Source: Eledone cirrhosa (lineage: Eukaryota). Taken from it: a stretch of DNA of 64,000 bases. The DNA is taken from contig OZ024744.1 of assembly GCA_964016885.1 (NCBI GenBank), forward strand, positions 12,524,001 to 12,588,000. Direction: 5' to 3'. The notes under the pieces are model-generated. The model was not told the DNA's origin and ran no database searches. It worked only from the letters and a program-made list of their open reading frames with translations. Below, in pieces: positions 51,901 through 64,000 of this stretch (positions within the stretch are counted from its first letter, which is position 1; the number at the start of each line of letters is the position of its first letter). Made by a program: the position numbers and the translations under genes.

Positions 51901-53455
51901 GTGGTGTCATGACAGTGGTGTAGGTGGTAGTAGTGGTATCATAACAGTAGTGTAGGTGGTAGTGGTGGTGACATAACAGTAGTGTAGGTTGTAGTAGAGG
52001 TGACATGATAGTAGTGTAGGTGGTAGTAGTGGTGACATGACAGTAGTGTAGGTGGTAGTAGTGGTATCATGACAATAGTGTAGGTGTTAGTAGTGATTAC
52101 ATGACAGTAGTGTAGGTGGTAGTACTGGTGACATGACAGTAGTGTAGGTGGTAGTAGTAGTGTCATGACAGTAGTGTAGGTGGTAGTAGTCGTATCATAA
52201 CAGTAGTGTAGGTGGTAGTAGTGGTGACATAACAGTAGTGTAGGTTGTATTGAGGTGACATGATAGTAGTGTAGGTGGTAGTAGTGGTGACATAACAGTA
52301 GTGTAGGTGGTAGTAGTGGTGACATGACAGTAGTGTAGGTGTTAGTAGTGATTACATGACAGTAGTGTAGGTGGTAGTACTGGTGACATGACAGTAGTGT
52401 AGGTGGTAGTAGTAGTGTCATGACAGTAGTGTAGGTGGTAGTAGTCGTATCATAACAGTAGTGTAGGTGGTAGTAGTGGTGACATGACAGTAGTGTAGGT
52501 GGTAGTAGTCGTATCATAACAGTAGTGTAGGTGGTAGTAGTGGTGTCATGACAGTAGTGTAGGTGGTAGTAGTGGTATCATAACAGTAGTGTAGGTTGTA
52601 GTAGTGGTGACATGACAGTAGTGTATGTGGTAGTAGTGGTATCATAACAGTAGTGTAGGTGGTAGTAGAGGTGACATGATAGTAGTGTAGGTGGTAGTAG
52701 TGGTGACATGACAGTAGTGTAGGTGGTAGTAGTGGTTTCATGACAATAGTGTAGGTGTTAGTAGTGATTACATGACAGTAGTGTAGGTGGTAGTACTGAT
52801 GACATGACAGTAGTGTAGGTGGTAGTAGTAGTGTCATGACAGTAGTGTAGGTGGTAGTAGTCGTATCATAACAGTAGTGTAGGTGGTAGTAGTGGTGTCA
52901 TGACAGTAGTGTAGGTGGAAGTAGTGGTGTGATAACAGTAGTGTAGGTGGTAGTAGTGGTGACAGAATAGTAGTGTAGGTGGTAGGAGGGTGACATGACA
53001 GTAGTGTAGGTGGTAGTAGTGGTGTCATGACAGTAGTGTAGGTGGTAGTAGGGTGACATGACAGTAGTGTAGGTGGTAGTAGTGGTGACATGACAGTAGT
53101 GTAGGTGGTAGTAGTGGTGTCATGACAGTAGTGTAGGTGGTAGTAGTGGTGACATTAAAAGTAGTGTAGGTGGTAGTAGTGGTGACATGACTGTAGTGTA
53201 GGTGGTAGTAGTGGTGACATGACAGTAGTGTAGGTGGTAGTAGTGGTGACATGACAGTAGTGTAGGTGTTAGTAGTGGTGTCATGACAGCAGTGTAGGTG
53301 GTAGTAGTGGTGACATGACAGTAGTGTAGGTGGTAGTAGTGGTGACATGACAGTAGTGTAGGTGCTAGTAGTGGTGACATAACTGTAGTGTAGGTGGTAG
53401 TAGTGGTGTCATGACAATAGTGTAGGTGGTAGTAGTGGTGTCATGACAGTAGTGT
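47980..53455 (+). repeat. Tandem higher-order repeat, 2,836-bp period (89 monomers), about 2 copies, overlapping both neighbouring HORs
   Basis: ORF pairs at offset 2836 (48943/51779, 49103/51939, 49678/52514, 49998/52834, 50284/53120). The offset is 2612 (= 2836 - 224) at 48341/50953. 2836 = 89x32 - 12, matching the visible indels. Confidence 0.88.
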
Positions 53456-56400
53456 AGGTAGTAGTAGTGGTGTCATGACAATAGTGTAGGTGGTAGTAGT
53501 AGTGAAATGACAGTAGTATAGGTGGTAGTAGTGGTGACATGACAGTAGGGTAGGTGGTAGTAGTGGTGACATAACAGTAGTGTAGGTGGGAGTAGTGGTG
53601 ACATGACAGTAGTGTAGGTGGGAGTAGTGGTGACATGACAGTAGTGTAGGTGGTAGTAGTGGTGTCATGACAATAGTGTAGGTGGTAGTAGTAGTGAAAT
53701 GACAGTAGTATAGGTGGTAGTAGTGGTGACATGACAGTAGGGTAGGTGGTAGTAGTGGTGACATGACAGTAGTGTAGGTGGGAGTAGTGGTGACATGACA
53801 GTAGTGTAGGTGGTAGTAGTGGTGTCATGACAATAGTGTAGGTGGTAGTAGTGGTGTCATGACAATAGTGTAGGTGGAAGTAGTGGTGACATGACAGTAG
53901 GGTAGGTGGTAGTAGTGGTGACATAACAGTAGTGTAGGTGGTAGTAGTGGTGACATGACAGTGGTGTAGGTGGTAATAGTGGTGACATGACAGTAGTGTA
54001 GGTGGTAGTAGTGGTGACGTGACGGTAGTGTAAGTGGTAGTAATGGTGACATGACAGTAGTGTAGGTGGTAGTAGTGGTGACATGACAGTGGTGTAGGTG
54101 GTAATAGTGGTGACATGACAGTAGTGTAGGTGGTAGTAGTGGTGTCATGACAGTAGTGTAGGTGGTAGTACTGGTAACATGACAGTAATGTAGGTGGTAG
54201 TAATGGTGACATGACAGTAGTGTAGGTGGTAGTAATGGTGACATGACAGTAGTGTAGCTGGTAGTAGTGGTGACATGACGGTAGTGTAGGTGGTAGTAGT
54301 GGTGACATGACAGTAGTGTAGGTGGTAGTAGTGGTGTGATAACAGTAGTGTAGGTGGTAGTAGTGGTGTAATGACAATAGTGTAGGTGGTAGTAGTGGTG
54401 ACATGACAGTAGTGTAGCTGGTAGTAGTGGTGTGATAGCAGTAGTGTAGGTGGTAGTAGTGGTGTCATGACAGCAGTGTAGGTGGTAGTATTGGTAACAT
54501 GACAGTAGTGTAGGTGGTAGTAGTGGTGACATGACAGTAGTGTATGTGGTAGTAGTGATGACATGACAGTAGTGTAGCTGGTAGTAGTGGTGTCATGACA
54601 ATATTGTAGGTGGTAGTAGTGGTGACTTGATAGTAGTGTAGGTGGTAGTAGTGGTGACATGACAGTAGTGTAGGTGGTAGTAGTGGTGACATGACAGTAG
54701 TGTAGCTGGTAGTAATGGTGTCATGACAGTAGTTTAGGTGGTAGTATTGGTGACATGACAGTAGTGTAGGTGGTAGTAGTCGTATCATAACAGTAGTGTA
54801 GGTGGTAGTAGTGGTGTCATGACAGTAGTGTAGGTGGTAGTAGTGGTATCATAACAGTAGTGTAGGTTGTAGTAGTGGTGACATGACAGTAGTGTAGGTG
54901 GTAGTAGTGGTAACATAACAGTAGTGTAGGTGGTAGTAGTGGTGACATAACAGTAGTGTAGGTTGTAGTAGAGGTGACATGATAGTAGTGTAGGTGGTAG
55001 TAGTGGTGACATGACAGTAGTGTAGGTGGTAGTAGTGGTAACATAACAGTAGTGTAGGTGGTAGTAGTGGTAACATAACAGTAGTGTAGGTGGTAGTAGT
55101 GGTAACATAACAGTAGTGTAGGTGGTAGTGGTGGTGACATAACAGTAGTGTAGGTTGTAGTAGAGGTGACATGATAGTAGTGTAGGTGGTAGTAGTGGTG
55201 ACATGACAGTAGTGTAGGTGGTAGTAGTGGTGACATGACAGTAGTGTAGGTGGTAGTAGTAGTGTCATGACAGTAGTGTAGGTGGTAGTAGTCGTATCAT
55301 AACAGTAGTGTAGGTGGTAGTAGTGGTGTCATGACAGTAGTGTAGGTGGAAGTAGTGGTGTCATAACAGTAGTGTAGGTGGTAGTAGTGGTGACAGAATA
55401 GTAGTGTAGGTGGTAGGAGGGTGACATGACAGTAGTGTAGGTGGTAGTAGTGGTGTCATGACAGTAGTGTAGGTGGTAGTAGGGTGACATGACAGTAGTG
55501 TAGGTGGTAGTAGTGGTGACATGACAGTAGTGTAGGTGGTAGTAGAGTGACATGACAGTAGTGTAGGTGGTAGTAGTGGTGTCATGACAATAGTGTCGGT
55601 GGTAGTAGTGGTGTCATGACAGTAGTGTAGGTGGTAGTAGTGGTGACATGACAGTAGTGTCGGTGGTAGTAGTGGTGACATGACAATAGTGTAGGTGGTA
55701 GTAGTGGTGTCATGACAGTAGTGTAGGTGGTAGTAGTGGTGACATGAGAGTGGTGTAGGTGGTAGTAGTGATGACAGGTCAATAGTGTAGGTGTTAGTAC
55801 TGGTATCATGACAGTGGTGTAGGTGGTAATAGTGGTGACATGACAGTAGTGTAGGTGGTAGTAGTGGTGATGTGACGGTGGTGTAAGTGGTAGTAGTGGT
55901 GACATGACGGTAGTGTAAGTGGTAGTAATGGTGACATGACAGTAGTGTAGGTGGTAGTAGTGGTGACATGACAGTGGTGTAGGTGGTAATAGTGGTGACA
56001 TGACAGTAGTGTAGGTGGTAGTAGTGGTGTCATGACAGTAGTGTAGGTGGTAGTAGTGGTGACATGACGGTAGTGTAAGTGGTAGTAATGGTGACATGAC
56101 AGTAGTGTAGGTGTTAGTAGTGGTGTCATGACAGTAGTGTAGGTGGTAGTAGTGGTGTGATAACAGTAGTGTAGGTGGTAGTAGTGGTGTAATGACAATA
56201 GTGTAGGTGGTAGTAGTGGTGACATGACAGTAGTGTAGGTGGTAGTAGTAGTGACATGAGAGTAGTGTAGGTGGTAGTAATGGTGTCAACACAGTAGTGT
56301 AGGTGGTAGTATTGGTGACATGACAGTAGTGTAGGTGGTAGTAGTGGTGACATGACAGTAGTGTAGCTGGTAGTAGTGGTGACATGACAGTAGTGTAGGT

Positions 56401-59400
56401 GGTAGTAATGGTGTCATGACAGTAGTTTAGGTGGTAGTATTGGTGTCATGACAGTAGTGTAGGTGGTAGTAGTGGTGACATGACAGTAGTGTAGGTGGTA
56501 GTAGTGGTGTCATGACTGTAGTGTAGGTGGTAGTAGTGGTGACATAACAGTAGTGTAGGTGGTAGTAGTGGTGTCATGACAGTGGTGTAGGTGGTAGTAG
56601 TGGTATCATAACAGTAGTGTAGGTGGTAGTGGTGGTGACATAACAGTAGTGTAGGTTGTAGTAGAGGTGACATGATAGTAGTGTAGGTGGTAGTAGTGGT
56701 GACATGACAGTAGTGTAGGTGGTAGTAGTGGTATCATGACAATAGTGTAGGTGTTAGTAGTGATTACATGACAGTAGTGTAGGTGGTAGTACTGGTGACA
56801 TGACAGTAGTGTAGGTGGTAGTAGTAGTGTCATGACAGTAGTGTAGGTGGTAGTAGTCGTATCATAACAGTAGTGTAGGTGGTAGTAGTGCTGACATAAC
56901 AGTAGTGTAGGTTGTATTGAGGTGACATGATAGTAGTGTAGGTGGTAGTAGTGGTGACATAACAGTAGTGTAGGTGGTAGTAGTGGTGACATGACAGTAG
57001 TGTAGGTGTTAGTAGTGATTACATGACAGTAGTGTAGGTGGTAGTACTGGTGACATGACAGTAGTGTAGGTGGTAGTAGTAGTGTCATGACAGTAGTGTA
57101 GGTGGTAGTAGTCGTATCATAACAGTAGTGTAGGTGGTAGTAGTGGTGACATGACAGTAGTGTAGGTGGTAGTAGTCGTATCATAACAGTAGTGTAGGTG
57201 GTAGTAGTGGTGTCATGACAGTAGTGTAGGTGGTAGTAGTGGTATCATAACAGTAGTGTAGGTTGTAGTAGTGGTGACATGACAGTAGTGTATGTGGTAG
57301 TAGTGGTATCATAACAGTAGTGTAGGTGGTAGTAGAGGTGACATGATAGTAGTGTAGGTGGTAGTAGTGGTGACATGACAGTAGTGTAGGTGGTAGTAGT
57401 GGTATCATGACAATAGTGTAGGTGTTAGTAGTGATTACATGACAGTAGTGTAGGTGGTAGTACTGATGACATGACAGTAGTGTAGGTGGTAGTAGTAGTG
57501 TCATGACAGTAGTGTAGGTGGTAGTAGTCGTATCATAACAGTAGTGTAGGTGGTAGTAGTGGTGTCATGACAGTAGTGTAGGTGGAAGTAGTGGTGTGAT
57601 AACAGTAGTGTAGGTGGTAGTAGTGGTGACAGAATAGTAGTGTAGGTGGTAGGAGGGTGACATGACAGTAGTGTAGGTGGTAGTAGTGGTGTCATGACAG
57701 TAGTGTAGGTGGTAGTAGGGTGACATGACAGTAGTGTAGGTGGTAGTAGTGGTGACATGACAGAAGTGTAGGTGGTAGTAGTGGTGTCATGACAGTAGTG
57801 TAGGTGGTAGTAGTGGTGACATTAAAAGTAGTGTAGGTGGTAGTAGTGGTGACATGACTGTAGTGTAGGTGGTAGTAGTGGTGACATGACAGTAGTGTAG
57901 GTGGTAGTAGTGGTGACATGACAGTAGTGTAGGTGTTAGTAGTGGTGTCATGACAGCAGTGTAGGTGGTAGTAGTGGTGACATGACAGTAGTGTAGGTGG
58001 TAGTAGTGGTGACATGACAGTAGTGTAGGTGCTAGTAGTGGTGACATAACTGTAGTGTAGGTGGTAGTAGTGGTGTCATGACAATAGTGTAGGTGGTAGT
58101 AGTGGTGTCATGACAGTAGTGTAGGTAGTAGTAGTGGTGTCATGACAATAGTGTAGGTGGTAGTAGTAGTGAAATGACAGTAGTATAGGTGGTAGTAGTG
58201 GTGACATGACAGTAGGGTAGGTGGTAGTAGTGGTGACATAACAGTAGTGTAGGTGGGAGTAGTGGTGACATGACAGTAGTGTAGGTGGGAGTAGTGGTGA
58301 CATGACAGTAGTGTAGGTGGTAGTAGTGGTGTCATGACAATAGTGTAGGTGGTAGTAGTAGTGAAATGACAGTAGTATAGGTGGTAGTAGTGGTGACATG
58401 ACAGTAGGGTAGGTGGTAGTAGTGGTGACATGACAGTAGTGTAGGTGGGAGTAGTGGTGACATGACAGTAGTGTAGGTGGTAGTAGTGGTGTCATGACAA
58501 TAGTGTAGGTGGTAGTAGTGGTGTCATGACAATAGTGTAGGTGGAAGTAGTGGTGACATGACAGTAGGGTAGGTGGTAGTAGTGGTGACATAACAGTAGT
58601 GTAGGTGGTAGTAGTGGTGACATGACAGTGGTGTAGGTGGTAATAGTGGTGACATGACAGTAGTGTAGGTGGTAGTAGTGGTGACGTGACGGTAGTGTAA
58701 GTGGTAGTAATGGTGACATGACAGTAGTGTAGGTGGTAGTAGTGGTGACATGACAGTGGTGTAGGTGGTAATAGTGGTGACATGACAGTAGTGTAGGTGG
58801 TAGTAGTGGTGTCATGACAGTAGTGTAGGTGGTAGTACTGGTAACATGACAGTAATGTAGGTGGTAGTAATGGTGACATGACAGTAGTGTAGGTGGTAGT
58901 AATGGTGACATGACAGTAGTGTAGCTGGTAGTAGTGGTGACATGACGGTAGTGTAGGTGGTAGTAGTGGTGACATGACAGTAGTGTAGGTGGTAGTAGTG
59001 GTGTGATAACAGTAGTGTAGGTGGTAGTAGTGGTGTAATGACAATAGTGTAGGTGGTAGTAGTGGTGACATGACAGTAGTGTAGCTGGTAGTAGTGGTGT
59101 GATAGCAGTAGTGTAGGTGGTAGTAGTGGTGTCATGACAGCAGTGTAGGTGGTAGTATTGGTAACATGACAGTAGTGTAGGTGGTAGTAGTGGTGACATG
59201 ACAGTAGTGTATGTGGTAGTAGTGATGACATGACAGTAGTGTAGCTGGTAGTAGTGGTGTCATGACAATATTGTAGGTGGTAGTAGTGGTGACTTGATAG
59301 TAGTGTAGGTGGTAGTAGTGGTGACATGACAGTAGTGTAGGTGGTAGTAGTGGTGACATGACAGTAGTGTAGGTGGTAGTAATGGTGTCATGACAGTAGT

Positions 59401-60984
59401 TTAGGTGGTAGTATTGGTGACATGACAGTAGTGTAGGTGGTAGTAGTCGTATCATAACAGTAGTGTAGGTGGTAGTAGTGGTGTCATGACAGTAGTGTAG
59501 GTGGTAGTAGTGGTATCATAACAGTAGTGTAGGTTGTAGTAGTGGTGACATGACAGTAGTGTAGGTGGTAGTAGTGGTAACATAACAGTAGTGTAGGTGG
59601 TAGTAGTGGTGACATAACAGTAGTGTAGGTTGTAGTAGAGGTGACATGATAGTAGTGTAGGTGGTAGTAGTGGTGACATGACAGTAGTGTAGGTGGTAGT
59701 AGTGGTAACATAACAGTAGTGTAGGTGGTAGTAGTGGTAACATAACAGTAGTGTAGGTGGTAGTAGTGGTAACATAACAGTAGTGTAGGTGGTAGTGGTG
59801 GTGACATAACAGTAGTGTAGGTTGTAGTAGAGGTGACATGATAGTAGTGTAGGTGGTAGTAGTGGTGACATGACAGTAGTGTAGGTGGTAGTAGTGGTGA
59901 CATGACAGTAGTGTAGGTGGTAGTAGTAGTGTCATGACAGTAGTGTAGGTGGTAGTAGTCGTATCATAACAGTAGTGTAGGTGGTAGTAGTGGTGTCATG
60001 ACAGTAGTGTAGGTGGAAGTAGTGGTGTGATAACAGTAGTGTAGGTGGTAGTAGTGGTGACAGAATAGTAGTGTAGGTGGTAGGAGGGTGACATGACAGT
60101 AGTGTAGGTGGTAGTAGTGGTGTCATGACAGTAGTGTAGGTGGTAGTAGGGTGACATGACAGTAGTGTAGGTGGTAGTAGTGGTGACATGACAGTAGTGT
60201 AGGTGGTAGTAGAGTGACATGACAGTAGTGTAGGTGGTAGTAGTGGTGTCATGACAATAGTGTCGGTGGTAGTAGTGGTGTCATGACAGTAGTGTAGGTG
60301 GTAGTAGTGGTGACATGACAGTAGTGTCGGTGGTAGTAGTGGTGACATGACAATAGTGTAGGTGGTAGTAGTGGTGTCATGACAGTAGTGTAGGTGGTAG
60401 TAGTGGTGACATGAGAGTGGTGTAGGTGGTAGTAGTGATGACAGGTCAATAGTGTAGGTGTTAGTACTGGTATCATGACAGTGGTGTAGGTGGTAATAGT
60501 AGTGACATGACAGTAGTGTAGGTGGTAGTAGTGGTGACGTGACGGTAGTGTAAGTGGTAGTAGTGGTGACATGACGGTAGTGTAAGTGGTAGTAATGGTG
60601 ACATGACAGTAGTGTAGGTGGTAGTAGTGGTGACATGACAGTGGTGTAGGTGGTAATAGTGGTGACATGACAGTAGTGTAGGTGGTAGTAGTGGTGTCAT
60701 GACAGTAGTGTAGGTGGTAGTAGTGGTGACATGACGGTAGTGTAAGTGGTAGTAATGGTGACATGACAGTAGTGTAGGTGTTAGTAGTGGTGTCATGACA
60801 GTAGTGTAGGTGGTAGTAGTGGTGTGATAACAGTAGTGTAGGTGGTAGTAGTGGTGTAATGACAATAGTGTAGGTGGTAGTAGTGGTGACATGACAGTAG
60901 TGTAGGTGGTAGTAGTAGTGACATGAGAGTAGTGTAGGTGGTAGTAATGGTGTCAACACAGTAGTGTAGGTGGTAGTATTGGTG
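51645..60984 (+). repeat. Tandem higher-order repeat, 4,667-bp unit (146 monomers), 2 near-identical copies
   Basis: ORF pairs at constant offset 4667 (51779/56446, 52514/57181, 53409/58076, 54785/59452, 55806/60473). Rare variant GTCAACACAG at ~56285/60952. 4667 = 146x32 - 5, matching six -1 monomers and one +1 monomer. Confidence 0.95.
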
Positions 60985-63900
60985 TCATGACAGTAGTGTA
61001 GGTGGTAGTAGTGGTGACATGACAGTGGTGTAGGTGGTAATAGTGGTGACATGACAGTAGTGTAGGTAGTAGTAGTGGTGCCATGACTGTAGTGTAGGTG
61101 GTAGTAGTGGTGACATAACAGTAGTGTAGGTTGTAGTAGTGGTGACATGACAGTAGTGTAGGTGGTAGTAGTGGTGACATGACGGTAGTGTAGGTGTTAG
61201 TAGTGGTGACATGACAGTAGTGTAGGTGGTAGTACAGGTGTCATCACAATAGTGTAGGTGGTAGTAGTGGTGACATGACAGTAGTGTAGCTGATAGTAGT
61301 GGTGACATGACAGTAGTGTAGGTGGTAGTAATGGTGTCATGACAGTAGTGTAGGTGGTAGTATTGGTGTCATGACAGTAGTGTAGGTGGTAGTAGTGGTG
61401 ACATGACAGTAGTGTAGGTGGTAGTAGTGGTGACATGACAGTAGTGTAGGTGGTAGTACTGGTGACATGACAGTAGTGTAGGTGGTAGTAGTGGTGTCAT
61501 GACAGTGGTGTAGGTGGTAGTAGTGGTATCATAACAGTAGTGTAGGTGGTAGTGGTGGTGACATAATTATAGTGTAGGTTGTAGTAGTGGTGACATGACA
61601 GTAGTGTAGGTGGTAGTAGTGGTGACATGACAGTAGTGTACGTGGTAGTAGTGGTATCATGACAATAGTGTAGGTGGTAGTAGTGGTGACATAACAGTAG
61701 TGTAGGTGGTAGTAGTGGTGACATGACAGTAGTGTAGGTTAGTAGTGATTACATGACAGTAGTGTAGGTGGTAGTACTGGTGACATGACAGTAGTGTAGG
61801 TGGTAGTAGTAGTGTCATGACAGTAGTGTAGGTGGTAGTAGTCGTATCATAACAGTAGTGTAGGTGGTAGTAGTGGTGACATGACAGTAGTGTAGGTGGT
61901 ATTAGTGGTGACATGACAGTAGTGTATGTGGTAGTAGTGGTATCATAAAAGTAGTGTAGGTGGTAGTAGTTTGTGACATGACAGTAGTGTAGGTGGAAGT
62001 AGTGGTGTGATAACAGTAGTGTAGGTGCTAGTAGTAGTGACATGACAGTAGTGTAGGTGGTAGTAGTGGTGTGATAACAGTAGTGTAGGTGGTAGTAGTG
62101 GTGACAGAATAGTAGTGTAGGTGGTAGGAGGGTGACATGACAGTAGTGTAGGTGGTAGTAGTGGTGTCATGACAGTAGTGTAGGTGGTAGTAGGGTGACA
62201 TGACAGTTGTGTAGGTGGCAGTAGTGGTGACATGACAGTAGTGTAGGTGGTAGTAGGGTGACATGACAGTAGTGTAGGTGGTAGTAGTGGTGTCATGACA
62301 ATAGTGTCGGTGGTAGTAGTGGTGTCATGACAGTAGTGTAGGTGGTAGTAGTGGTGACATGTCAGTAGTGTAGGTGGTAGTAGTGGTGACATGACAATAT
62401 TGTAGGTGGTAGTAGTGGTGTCATGACAGTAGTGTAGGTGGTAGTAGTGGTGTCATGACAATAGTGTAGGTGGTAGTAGTGGTGACATGACAGTAGTGTA
62501 GGTGGTAGTAGTTTGTGACATGACAGTAGTGTAGGTGGTAGTAGTGGTGACATGACAGTAGTGTAGGTGGTAGTAGTGGTGACATGACAGTAGTGTAGGT
62601 GGTAGTAGTGGTGACATGACAGTAGTGTAGGTGGTAGTAGTGGTGACACAACAGTAGTCTAGGTGGTAGTAGTGGTGACATGTCAGTAGTGTAGGTGGTA
62701 GTAGTGGTGACATGACAGTAGTCTAGGTGGTAGTAGTGGTGACATGACAGTAGTGTAGGTGGTAGTAGTGGTGTGGTAACAGTAGTGTAGGTGGTAGTAG
62801 TGGTGACATTAAAAGTAGTGTAGGTGGTAGTATTGGTGACATGACTGTAGTGTAGGTGGTAGTAGTGGTGACATGACAGTAGTGTAGGTGGTAGTAGTGG
62901 TGACAGGACAGTAGTGTAGGTGGTAGTAGTGGTGTCATGACAGCAGTGTAGGTGGTAGTATTGGTAACATGACAGTAGTGTAGGTGGTAGTAGTGGTGAC
63001 ATGACAGTAGTGTAGGTGGTAGTAGTGGTGTCATGACAATAGTGTAGGTGGTAGTAGTGGTGTCATGACAGTAGTGTAGGTAGTAGTAGTGGTGTCATGA
63101 CAATAGTGTAGGTGGTAGTAGCGGTGACATGACAGTACTGTAGGTGGTAGTATTGGTGACAACAGCAGTGTAGGTGGTAGTAGTGGTGTCATGATAGTGG
63201 TGTGGGTGGTAGTAGTGGTGTCATGACAGTAGTGTAGGTGGTAGTAGTGGTGTCATGATAGTGGTGTGGGTGGTAGTAGTGGTGTCATGACAGTAGTGTA
63301 GGTGGTAGTAGTGGTGACATGACAGTAGTGTCGGTGGTAGTAGTGGTAGTAGTGGTGACATGACAGTACTGTAGGTGGTAGTAGTGGTGTCATGACAGTA
63401 GGGTAGGTGGTAGTAGTGGTGACATGACAGTAGTGTAGGTGGTAGTAGTGGTGTCATGACAGTAGTGTAGGTGGTAGTACTGGTGACATGACAGTAGTGT
63501 AGGTGGTAGTAGTGGTGTCATGACAGTAGTGTAGGTGGTAGTAGTGGTGACATGACTGTAGTGTAGGTGGTAGTAGTGGTGTCATGACAGTAGTGTAGGT
63601 GGTAGTAGTGCTGTCATGACAGTAGTGTAGGTGGTAGTAGTGGTGTCATGACAGTAGTGTAGGTGGTAGTAGTGGTGACATGACAGTAGTGTAGGTGGTA
63701 GTAGTGGTGTCATGACAGTAGTGTAGGTGGTAGTAGTGGTATCATGACAGTAGTGTAGGTGGTAGTAGTGGTGACATAACAGTGGTGTAGGTGGTAGTAG
63801 TGGTATCATGACAGTAGTGTAGGTGGTAGAAGTGGTGACATGACAGTAGTGTAGGTGGTAGTAGTGGTGACATGTCAGTAGTGTAGGTGGTAGTAGTGGT

Positions 63901-64000
63901 GACATGACAATATTGTAGGTTGTAGTAGTGGTGTCATGACAGTAGTGTAGGTGGTAGTAGTGGTGTCATGACAATAGTGTAGGTGGTAGTAGTGGTGACG

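Larger units (their letters stand above)
1..64000 (+). repeat. 32-bp tandem satellite array, ~2,000 monomers, consensus CATGACAGTAGTGTAGGTGGTAGTAGTGGTG(A/T); runs off both window ends
   Basis: The monomer reads directly at 1-32 and recurs every 32 bp to 64000, mostly with 0-2 substitutions per copy and occasional indel monomers (17, 29, 30, 31, 33, 36, 41 bp). No orientation switch or unrelated sequence seen. Confidence 0.99.

Noticed and set aside
48920-61960. Fungal RIP signature (TpG>TpA and CpA>TpA variants such as CATAAC, GTATAG, GATATG)
   Set aside because: G>A changes also occur in AG and GG contexts, transversions are common, and most TpG/CpA sites are intact. RIP would be far denser.
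196-63905. All listed minus-strand ORFs as protein-coding genes (mucin-, extensin- or His-rich-like)
   Set aside because: They overlap in all three frames, encode the same cyclic peptide, have a period not divisible by 3, contain no unique domain or signal peptide, and mostly end wherever the T variant falls in frame.
1-64000. CRISPR array (32-bp repeat with a short palindrome)
   Set aside because: Repeats abut directly with no unique spacers, no leader and no cas genes. Variation is point substitution inherited in HOR blocks.
1-64000. Telomerase-synthesised telomeric tract (long yeast-type unit)
   Set aside because: At least 64 kb long with many fixed variants copied in kb-scale blocks, which indicates recombination or duplication rather than templated addition. 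The unit matches no telomere repeat I know.
1-64000. Sequencing or rolling-circle concatemer artefact, or synthetic DNA
   Set aside because: Variants and indels recur in identical order at multi-kb offsets, and the offsets equal the summed indels exactly. Random read error would not do this. Local mis-assembly of individual HOR copies remains possible.
1-64000. A/T dimorphism as an encoded message or fixed short-period HOR (dimer/trimer)
   Set aside because: No strict short periodicity is visible by eye. The pattern repeats only as part of the larger duplications. Formal autocorrelation was not run.

Overview
The whole 64,000-bp window is one uninterrupted head-to-tail satellite DNA array of about 2,000 copies of a 32-bp monomer, consensus CATGACAGTAGTGTAGGTGGTAGTAGTGGTGW (W = A or T). 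All monomers are in one orientation. The + strand is strongly G/T-rich (13 G vs 2 C per monomer, 47% GC, no CpG in the consensus). I see no genes, RNA genes, transposon insertions, CRISPR spacers or unique sequence. Every listed ORF is a minus-strand translation of the repeat (3 monomers = 96 bp = MSPLLPPTLLSCHHYYHLHYCHVTTTTTYTTV). The information in the window lies in the variant monomers. They reveal nested higher-order repeats (HORs) of 480, 551, ~1,000, 2,130, 2,836, 3,086, 3,783, 4,667 and ~9,500 bp, a homogenised central domain (~15.9-35.7 kb) between more diverse flanks that share markers, and a dimorphic A/T site that switches TGACA-TGACA (direct repeat) to TGTCATGACA (palindrome). This looks like eukaryotic heterochromatic satellite DNA. 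The organism and chromosomal position cannot be determined from the sequence, and I cannot support a novel gene-based system here. HOR boundaries are approximate (about one monomer) and were read by eye.
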